Shown here: positions 57,166 to 64,000 of the stretch, in pieces
Layout of the letters: each line of letters opens with the position of its first letter
Numbering within the stretch: position 1 is the first letter of the stretch
Assembly (NCBI GenBank): GCA_965246885.1
Contig: OZ251992.1
Coordinates: forward strand, 256,001 to 320,000
From: Abditibacterium sp.
Lineage (GTDB): Bacteria > Armatimonadota > Abditibacteriia > Abditibacteriales > Abditibacteriaceae
Direction: 5' to 3'
DNA length: 64,000 nt
Program-made: the position numbers and the translations under genes
The notes under the pieces: model-generated
Told to the model about the DNA's origin: nothing
Seen by the model: only the letters and a program-made list of their open reading frames with translations
Database searches by the model: none

Positions 57166-57950
57166 CAAAGCACCTCCTTTCAGTACTCCTCGTGATGGCC
57201 TACCCTTTGGTAGCCCGCGCGCAAAGCTGGCCACAGGTTCTGGTGCCGCGCACCGCCGCGCCGCCGGGAATGAAAGCCGCACCCGATGAAACGGCATGGA
57301 ACCGGGCCGCCTTGATTCCTCGTCTCACCCTATCGCGCGGCGCCGACGCCAAGGGCCTCGCGCCCCTGCCCACCTCGGTGCGCTTGTTGTGGGATGCCCA
57401 CTATCTTTATTTGCGCTTTCGCTGCGCCGACGCGGAAATCTACACGCCCATTAAGGGCCGCGACGCCGAGCTTTACAAGGGCGACGTGGTGGAAGTATTC
57501 CTCGACCCCGTTGGCGACGCGCGCTGGTATATCGAGTTGGAAATCAGCCCGCGCGGTGACATCTTCGACCAAATGTTCTCCGTCACGGCCCAACCGCGCT
57601 TCAACGCGCACGGGCGGCTGGTGGACGACGTGCTGGCGCGCGACTGGTGGCCCAACCTGTCGTGGACGCTCGACGGTTTGCGCGTGGCGACGCGCGTCAT
57701 CCCGGCGCAGAGCCAAACGAAGGAATGGATCGCCGACATCGCCATTCCCGCCGCGCCGCTCTTGCGGCGGTTGGGCAAAAGCCAGTTCGAGCCGATGGAT
57801 TTGCGCGCCCATTTTCTGCGCTACGATTGGACAGCGCCGCTTTCCACAACCCACCAACGCCGTTTGGTCGCCATGAACTGGGCGACGGTAGATTACGGAT
57901 GCCCCCACATCTCGCCCGCAGCGATGGGATTCGTGACCTTGAATCGCTGA
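57162..57950 (+). CDS. secreted CBM9-like/DOMON carbohydrate-binding protein
   Basis: Signal peptide; T.VRLLWD..YLYLRF, GDVVEVFLDP, Y.ELEISP.G..D and W.A.IAIP motifs. Confidence 0.78.
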   Translation: MTKHLLSVLLVMAYPLVARAQSWPQVLVPRTAAPPGMKAAPDETAWNRAALIPRLTLSRGADAKGLAPLPTSVRLLWDAHYLYLRFRCADAEIYTPIKGRDAELYKGDVVEVFLDPVGDARWYIELEISPRGDIFDQMFSVTAQPRFNAHGRLVDDVLARDWWPNLSWTLDGLRVATRVIPAQSQTKEWIADIAIPAAPLLRRLGKSQFEPMDLRAHFLRYDWTAPLSTTHQRRLVAMNWATVDYGCPHISPAAMGFVTLNR

Positions 57951-58095
57951 GTCACAAACATACGCGGACGAGCGACAGACCTCTGGCAACCAGTCACAGA
58001 CGTCTGGCAATGAGTCACACACCTCTGCCAACGACTGACAGACGTGCGCCGACCGCCGACACGCGTCTGCCAATGGTTGCCGGAGGGCGTTGGGC
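57949..58095. repeat. degenerate 21-nt tandem repeat, about 7 units (family A)
   Basis: Units at 57949, 57970, 57991, 58012, 58033, 58054 and 58075; consensus GAGTCACAGACGTCTGGCAAC. Confidence 0.85.
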
Positions 58096-58312
58096 GAAGC
58101 GCAGACACCGCCCGTCTGGACATAAGGCACCTTACCCCCGGCAGGGCGCGCTGGCTTTTGATGCGCGCGTGCAACTCCTTGGGGCGGTCTTATGGTGAAG
58201 CGCCTGAGTTGGAGAGTGGTTCGAGAAGCGGAAGGCGCGTTCAACCGCATGACAAGCGTTTTCAGCCCGTAAACGGCGCGAAATAAAAAATTTACATGGG
58301 AGAATCGAAAAA

Positions 58313-58370
58313 GATGTTTAAACGCCCCGCGATTTGGGTATATTGATATTGCGGACGAAAGGTAGAACCA
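58313..58370 (+). promoter_or_regulatory. promoter of module 2 with downstream candidate FadR operator
   Basis: GATG-TTTAAA-N16-TATATT-GA (58313-58346), followed by AGGT-AGA-ACCA (58360-58370). Confidence 0.6.
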
Positions 58371-58383
58371 AGAAGGGGAGACC

Positions 58384-59193
58384 TTGACCGCAGTTATGAC
58401 GACTTCCACGCTTCCCTTGTCTTCCGTTCTGGATATTCCGGCCAAGCCCCGCAAAGGCGTAAACCGCGAATTGTCGGAGATGGCGAGTCTGCATCCGTTA
58501 GGCAGCGCCAATCGGGTGACGGCGGTGGTGGATCAACTGACGCAGGTCGTGCTTAAAGGCGAGTTTAAGCCGGGTTCGCTGTTGCCGCCCGAACGGGATT
58601 TGGCCGAACATCTGGGCGTGTCGCGCAATGCGGTGCGCGAAGCGACCAAGATTATGCAGTCGCGCGGGTTACTGTCGGTCAAGCAGGGATTGGGAACTGT
58701 CGTCACCGGCGTAACCAGCGCGCCGATGCAGCAGATGTTTACGCAAGCCCTGCACGGCAATGAGGAAGCGCTATTGCATCTGACCGAAGTGCGTTTGTCG
58801 TTGGAAGTGCGCATCGCGGCATGGGCCGCCGAGCGCGCGACCGAGTTGAACGTGGCGCGTCTCAAGGAGCTACTCGACGCGATGGAATCGAGCCTGAACG
58901 ACAACGGGCGTTACGCCGATTTGGATGTCGAGTTTCATCTGGAACTGGCGCGCGCCACACAAAACCCGCTGTTCGTGCTCATGCTGGAATCGGTGGCCGC
59001 CATGCTGCATCAGAGCCGCGAGTTGGCACTGTCGGCGATTGCTGCCCCTGTGACCAAAGTCGCCCAGCGAGCGCACGGGCGTCTTTTCAAGGCTGTCGCG
59101 GCCAAAGACTCAGCCGGGGCAGCCCAAGCGATGAGCGACCATCTCGAAATGCAACGCCAAGATTTCGAGAGATTGCTCGCCAAGCCGGAGTAA
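58384..59193 (+). CDS. FadR/GntR family transcriptional regulator (FCD domain)
   Basis: LPPERDLAEHLGVSRNAVREA, R..LE, DVEFH..LA.ATQN and H..L..A...D motifs; TTG or ATG 58396 start. Confidence 0.92.
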   Translation: MTAVMTTSTLPLSSVLDIPAKPRKGVNRELSEMASLHPLGSANRVTAVVDQLTQVVLKGEFKPGSLLPPERDLAEHLGVSRNAVREATKIMQSRGLLSVKQGLGTVVTGVTSAPMQQMFTQALHGNEEALLHLTEVRLSLEVRIAAWAAERATELNVARLKELLDAMESSLNDNGRYADLDVEFHLELARATQNPLFVLMLESVAAMLHQSRELALSAIAAPVTKVAQRAHGRLFKAVAAKDSAGAAQAMSDHLEMQRQDFERLLAKPE

Positions 59194-59210
59194 CCGGCAT
59201 TTACACCTTA

Positions 59211-59255
59211 TCAATTCCTCGTTTCGCCAACCGAAACGGAGTTGAAGTTTAGAAA
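59211..59255 (+). repeat. 45-bp hairpin-forming leader repeat, copy 1
   Basis: TCAATTCCTCGTTTCGCCAACCGAAACGGAGTTGAAGTTTAGAAA; copy 2 at 60083-60127 differs by 1 nt. Confidence 0.9.
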
Positions 59256-59268
59256 GAGGACAATTCTT

Positions 59269-60000
59269 ATGTCACATTTCAATAGCCGTACAAAGCGGCC
59301 CGCTTTCACGCTCATAGAGCTTCTCGTTGTCATTGCCATCATCGCCATTTTGGCAGCTATCTTGTTCCCGGCTTTTGCCCGCGCCAGAGAAAACGCCCGC
59401 CGCGCGTCGTGCCAATCCAATCTTAAACAAATCGGCTTGGGCTTCGCGCAATACACGCAGGACTACGATGAATTTCTTCCGCCTGGCTACAACACCAACA
59501 ACGGGCGCTATCCTGTCGCTCCAGCCACGCTGTTCAGCGTCCCTTGGGACATCCTACTGCAACCCTACCTTAAAAGCTCACAACTTTTCGTGTGTCCCAG
59601 CGATACTAACTCCATAACCCAAGATTTGACGGGTGTTCCCGGCTACGGTACCACTGCAAAACGCTCATACGCCATTGCCGATTATATTCGCGGTGTCTCC
59701 CTAGCCACCATTAATTCCCCGGCCCTCACGATTGAAGTGGGTGAGCGTGACAAAAACGCAGCGCCGCCCGACCAGTGGTTTTACTACCACGACCTCGACA
59801 ATACCGGTGGAGAAACGTGCGCCAACAACAACGCTGCCAACGACACGCGCCACTTGGGAACGTCGAACTGGCTGTACACCGATGGCCACGTCAAAGCGCA
59901 AAAAGGTGGTAAACGTTCTTTTACGGTGTTTACCGGCCACCCCAACACAGCCTCCGATGGTAGCACCAAAATTGCCGTTGCTGCCGATCTACCTCAATAA
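59269..60000 (+). CDS. prepilin-type / DUF1559 protein with H-X9-DG motif (#3)
   Basis: AFTLIELL..., CPSD and [16 protein letters not shown] motifs. Confidence 0.93.
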   Translation: MSHFNSRTKRPAFTLIELLVVIAIIAILAAILFPAFARARENARRASCQSNLKQIGLGFAQYTQDYDEFLPPGYNTNNGRYPVAPATLFSVPWDILLQPYLKSSQLFVCPSDTNSITQDLTGVPGYGTTAKRSYAIADYIRGVSLATINSPALTIEVGERDKNAAPPDQWFYYHDLDNTGGETCANNNAANDTRHLGTSNWLYTDGHVKAQKGGKRSFTVFTGHPNTASDGSTKIAVAADLPQ

Positions 60001-60082
60001 TAAAGCAAGGGGCACCATAACAGATGGTGTGTGGTGCCCTACTACCTTAACTTGACAGGGTGTTTCTACCAACGGAACTCAT

Positions 60083-60127
60083 TCAATTCCTCGTTCCGCC
60101 AACCGAAACGGAGTTGAAGTTTAGAAA
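60083..60127 (+). repeat. 45-bp leader repeat, copy 2
   Basis: One-mismatch copy of 59211-59255. Confidence 0.9.
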
Positions 60128-60431
60128 CTCGACGGCCACCCTCATAATGGCTTTCGACTCCGGCTTTTTCTACCTCAACTTGTACAGTACCAACTTTCGG
60201 TTTTTGCCGGGTCAGGGCAGTAACGGAAACGCGGCGGACTGCACAGGTACAACTGACCCGCGTTGCCAAGCAGCCGATTCGGCGCACTTGGGCGGTATCA
60301 ACGTCGCCTTTGCCGATGGACACGTCAAGTTCCAGCGCATCGGGCCGGTCGCGTCCGACCTCAAAGCGTGGACGGCCGCCAGCCGTGCCGCGACTACCCT
60401 CAGCGCTTGGAATCCCGCCAAAAGCTCGTGA
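60128..60431 (+). pseudogene. headless DUF1559 fragment (C-terminal H-X9-DG part only)
   Basis: ..ATLIMAFDS...AHLGGINVAFADGHVKF...WNP with no FTLIELL N-terminus; fused directly to leader repeat copy 2. Confidence 0.8.
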
Positions 60432-60596
60432 GCCAAGCGAAGACTCGCTTTTGTCTCGCCGGTATGTTTTAAATACCCGCTTCTGGGAACATTACGTCGA
60501 AGGCGACGGGATACCACAGATCATGGTTTGGCTTGTCGTGCTCCGTCGCCTGAAGATTTCTGGAGCTTTATCGTTTACCGGAACACATTCACATCT

Positions 60597-62399
60597 ATGA
60601 TACATTTCTCGAAGGGAACAAGCGTCTGGTTACTGGGGGGCGCTTTTTTAGTGGGCGGTTGCATGGCTACCAGCGCGCCTGAAGTTTCGGCCCAATCTCT
60701 ACCCAACCGGGCCAAGGTGCGCGCCGATGGCACCATCTTGCTCAACGGAGACAACCCCTACTTTCCTTTTGGGTTTCAATACGACTACTACGAGCCGAAC
60801 GCGACGGGAGGTTTAACCGAGCAAAACCGCACTAACGCTTTGAACGCGCTTTCGAGCGCCGGATTCGATTCCATGCACACCGGGGAGGCCAGTGGCGCGG
60901 GGGCGGGTGGATTCAACTTCAATACGTTTCTGGCCAACTGCGATGCGAAGACTCCGAGGATGAATGTCAATGTGTATCCCGGCCCCAATACCTACGATGT
61001 GAGCAGTTCGGACGCTGCGTTATCGGCCTACATCGACACCTACAAGGGCTACAAATCGCCTTTGTGGTGGACTTTGGGCGATGATGTCAACGGTACCAAC
61101 CTCAACCCCAATGGCACTATTAACTGGCCGCCCTCCCGGATTCAACAGCGCAACGCAGTGGCGAAAGGGCGCGACCCCAACAGACTGACGTTCATTTCGG
61201 GTGGTGGGACGGATGTAGATTATCCCAACAACGGCGACAAAAACACGGCGCCCTTTATGGGAACAGCCGATTGTTACGGCGTCCAAAACTACTCTCTGAG
61301 TCCCAGTAACACCAATCCCTTGGGAGGCTCGTTCGACAAATACGCCATTGTCACCAGACAAGCCGATAACGCCACGTATGCGGCGGGCCAATCGAAGACC
61401 TGTGTGATAGCGGACTTGCAAACGTTTCGCAGCGCGCCAACTGATCCGTTCCCCAATCCCGCGTTGCTGCGCGGCCATGTTTACATGGCTTTGGCGGCGG
61501 GCGTGAAGGGACTCAACGGTTATACCTACGAGAGAAGTCTGGGCGTTGGGAAGGGGCATGAGGGAGTCTTTGAATTCCCGGATTCGTGGAATTTATTGAA
61601 GTCGTTGCGCCCCGAAATCTCCACGCTCGCTCCGGTGTTGTGCGATGGCTACATTTATAAGGATGTCGAGGATAACGACGGGCCATACGCGCGGACATCC
61701 CTATGGGTTTTCAAAAACAAATTGTATGTAGTGTCCGGCAATATCTCCCCGACGAATCCGCAGCCAGTCACCATTCCCTTGCCCGGTTCGGTCGCCGGAA
61801 ATCTCACCAACCTTTTTGGCGCGCGGCCTGCGGGACTTTCCTTTTCTGGGGGCGCCCTACGCGGCACATTGCCCGCCGCGAGTTGGGCTGCGGGTCAAAA
61901 CGTCAATAACATCAGTGGCGGTGTCGGCGTGTACTCGCTGGATATGCAACCGCTCCTCGCCAATCCAGATTTCGAGAGCGGCTACACCGGCTGGACGACA
62001 TGGGAAATCATTCCCGGCTCAGCCAGCGCCGTTTCTACCCCCACTTTCGATGTAAAAAGCGGAAGCAAAGCCTTGTCGCATTCCCGCAACACTCCGTATT
62101 TCGTCGCCAGCCAGCAAGCGCTCAGTGGATTGACCAACGGCAAATACACCCTGCGTGCATGGGTGCGTTGTAGCGGCGGACAGGAAATCTGCCAGATGGA
62201 GTCGTGGAACGGTTCCAATCTCTATTCGACGCCCATTACCAACACCTACTCCACCGAGTTGGGCAAACACATCTGGACACCCATCGTCATCAAAGACATC
62301 CCTGTGACCAACGGCACGCTAACTGTGGGCGTCAAATCCAAAGCGGCGGCAAATCAGTGGTTGAACTTCGATTGCGTTGACCTTTGGCGCCAACCTTAG
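60597..62399 (+). CDS. secreted putative glycoside hydrolase with C-terminal CBM4/9-like domain
   Basis: Signal peptide; LLNG..YFPFG, WTLGDD, DPNR.T and ALAAGVKG..Y barrel-like motifs; LANPDFESG..GW...YTLRAWVR...FD. Confidence 0.65.
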   Translation: MIHFSKGTSVWLLGGAFLVGGCMATSAPEVSAQSLPNRAKVRADGTILLNGDNPYFPFGFQYDYYEPNATGGLTEQNRTNALNALSSAGFDSMHTGEASGAGAGGFNFNTFLANCDAKTPRMNVNVYPGPNTYDVSSSDAALSAYIDTYKGYKSPLWWTLGDDVNGTNLNPNGTINWPPSRIQQRNAVAKGRDPNRLTFISGGGTDVDYPNNGDKNTAPFMGTADCYGVQNYSLSPSNTNPLGGSFDKYAIVTRQADNATYAAGQSKTCVIADLQTFRSAPTDPFPNPALLRGHVYMALAAGVKGLNGYTYERSLGVGKGHEGVFEFPDSWNLLKSLRPEISTLAPVLCDGYIYKDVEDNDGPYARTSLWVFKNKLYVVSGNISPTNPQPVTIPLPGSVAGNLTNLFGARPAGLSFSGGALRGTLPAASWAAGQNVNNISGGVGVYSLDMQPLLANPDFESGYTGWTTWEIIPGSASAVSTPTFDVKSGSKALSHSRNTPYFVASQQALSGLTNGKYTLRAWVRCSGGQEICQMESWNGSNLYSTPITNTYSTELGKHIWTPIVIKDIPVTNGTLTVGVKSKAAANQWLNFDCVDLWRQP

Positions 62400-62437
62400 A
62401 ACGAAAGGCTTTACACGCCCCTCAATAACGCGAAAAG

Positions 62438-62476
62438 CGAGGAGTCAGAAGCCAACTCGTGGTTTCTGACTCCTCG
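62438..62476 (+). other. 17-bp intergenic stem-loop before the GH1 gene
   Basis: CGAGGAGTCAGAAGCCA-N5-TGGTTTCTGACTCCTCG. Confidence 0.7.
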
Positions 62477-62488
62477 TAAAGCCGCACT

Positions 62489-63751
62489 ATGACCGATATT
62501 TTCTCTTTGCCGGACTTTGATTTCCCGCCGGGTTTTTGGTGGGGTAGTGCCACTGCCGGTTATCAAACCGAAGGTGAGGTGATACACGCCCACCTTTATC
62601 CCAAAGAGCAGGCGGGCGAGTTCGCCGAACTTTCGGGGCGGGCCTGCGATTCGTGGAACCGCTTGGACGAGGATTTGGAACTGCTCAAAACCTTGGGGCA
62701 CAACACCTATCGCTTTTCCGTCGAGTGGAGTCGCATCGAGCCGCGCGAAGGCGAGCGCGATGAAGCGGCGCTACGCCGCTATCTCGACTTCGCCCGCGCG
62801 CTCAAGGCGGCGGGCATCCGCGTCGTTCTCACGGTAGTTCACGGCGCGCACCCTTTGTGGTTCGAGGAAAAAGGCGGCTTTGGCGCCATCGAAAACCTGC
62901 CGCTTTTCGAGCGTCACGTCGCGTTCGTCGCCGAAAAGTTCGCAAACTTGGCCGACGCATGGATTGTGCTCAACGAGTTCAATCTCAGTTCGCGGCGCTT
63001 ATCTGCGCTTCATTTTCACGCGCGCGGCTACCACACCATTAAGAAGTTCTCGGATGCGCCGGTTTCGTCGGCGCACGCTTATCAGGAGTTGGCCCCGCTT
63101 CGCTCCCGCGACGAACTCGACCAACTGATGACGCGCCACCGCGACTTTGTGGAAAACGAGTTTTTCTTCCACGCTGTTCGCACTGGCGAAGTCGCCTCGC
63201 CACACACCCAAAGCGTGATGGCGCCCGAAATACAAGGCACCGCCGACTTTTGGGCCATCCAGTACTACACGCGCTTTATGGTGGACGGGCGTCAGGCCAA
63301 CGGGCAAGGCAAACGGTTCGACGCGCTGAAGTTGCAAATGATCGACCTGCCGGGATTCTACATGGAAGAGTTCTTCCCCGAAGGTTTGTTCAACTCTTGC
63401 CTGCGACTGCGAGATAAACCCATCATCGTCACTGAGAACGGCGTGAGCGCCGATAACGACGAGTTTCGGCTGGTGTTCTTGGTCGCCCACCTCAAAATGC
63501 TCCACGAAGCCATCGAGCAGGGGTGCGATGTGCGCGGCTACTTGCACTGGTCGCTGCTGGACAACTGGGAATGGGGCAGTTTCGTGCCGCGCTTTGGCTT
63601 AGTTGCCGTTGACCGCGACACCTTCACGCGAACGGTCAAACCCAGCGGCAACTTGTTCCGCGACATCATCCAACACAACGGCTACCAACCGGAAATGATC
63701 GCGCGCTACCTGCGGCAGATGCCGCGACTTTCTTCCCAACCCTCTTCATAA
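62489..63751 (+). CDS. glycoside hydrolase family 1 (cytoplasmic beta-glycosidase)
   Basis: FWWGSATAGYQTEG, YRFSVEWSRIEP, LNEF (acid/base), VTENG (nucleophile) and WSLLDNWEWG motifs. Confidence 0.92.
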   Translation: MTDIFSLPDFDFPPGFWWGSATAGYQTEGEVIHAHLYPKEQAGEFAELSGRACDSWNRLDEDLELLKTLGHNTYRFSVEWSRIEPREGERDEAALRRYLDFARALKAAGIRVVLTVVHGAHPLWFEEKGGFGAIENLPLFERHVAFVAEKFANLADAWIVLNEFNLSSRRLSALHFHARGYHTIKKFSDAPVSSAHAYQELAPLRSRDELDQLMTRHRDFVENEFFFHAVRTGEVASPHTQSVMAPEIQGTADFWAIQYYTRFMVDGRQANGQGKRFDALKLQMIDLPGFYMEEFFPEGLFNSCLRLRDKPIIVTENGVSADNDEFRLVFLVAHLKMLHEAIEQGCDVRGYLHWSLLDNWEWGSFVPRFGLVAVDRDTFTRTVKPSGNLFRDIIQHNGYQPEMIARYLRQMPRLSSQPSS

Positions 63752-63756
63752 GCATC

Positions 63757-64000
63757 ATGAACAAATCAAATCTTTTAGGCGCCCTCAGCTTGACTGTGGG
63801 CTTATGGACGGCCACTCTCGCGGCAGGCGCGCAACCCGCGCCGACATTGGCTACTAACGCTCCGAACATGACCACCGGCAGCAAGAAGCTGATTCAAATC
63901 GGCTGGGACTCGGTTGAACCGGCTTATCTGCGCGATCATGCCGCCCAAATGGAAGCGTCCTCGCCGTTCAACGGGCTTGTCGTTGTGTTGCGTCCCGCGC
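63757..64000 (+). CDS. secreted hypothetical protein (partial, runs off the window)
   Basis: MNKSNLLGALSLTVGLW...AGA signal peptide, then KKLIQIGWD...LRDH..MEA..PFNG; open to the end. Confidence 0.7.
   Translation, partial: MNKSNLLGALSLTVGLWTATLAAGAQPAPTLATNAPNMTTGSKKLIQIGWDSVEPAYLRDHAAQMEASSPFNGLVVVLRPA

Noticed and set aside
52855..58095. 21-nt arrays as CRISPR arrays
   Set aside because: Units are contiguous and degenerate with no unique spacers, and there are no cas genes.
47651..60431. Diversity-generating retroelement acting on DUF1559 genes
   Set aside because: No reverse transcriptase; shared sequence is in the 5' constant region and the differences are not adenine-specific.

Overview
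GC-rich bacterial chromosomal window with about 58 genes and no rRNA, tRNA, CRISPR array, transposase or integrase that I can see. The gene content (LptF/LptD-like genes plus DUF1559/H-X9-DG prepilin-type genes in sugar clusters) suggests a diderm such as Armatimonadota/Abditibacteriota, which is an inference. The first ~37 kb is mostly housekeeping: dGTPase, speD, a Ski2-like helicase, lptF/lptD-like, a his cluster interrupted by two serpins, rnpA-yidD(fused)-yidC-jag, gmk, coaBC, an ABC-F ATPase, aqpZ, dapB and asd. From 37.6 kb on it is a carbohydrate region: a hexuronate operon (SDR, LarA-like, UxaC, UxaE), a RidA-led operon of unknown function, and two regulator -> DUF1559 pseudopilin -> glycoside hydrolase modules with no recognisable transporter. 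The most notable observations are: (1) these pseudopilin-centred PUL-like modules, with matching promoters, a candidate FadR-type operator shared across 16-18 kb, mosaic constant regions and a headless variable-region cassette; (2) a ~400-nt highly structured leader with attenuator-like geometry upstream of speD; (3) dispersed intergenic arrays with exact 21-nt period; (4) an in-frame RnpA-YidD fusion with rpmH missing upstream; (5) many genes with a -10-like box 6-8 nt before the start codon, suggesting leaderless mRNAs. All product calls come from motif recognition by eye; no database search was run.
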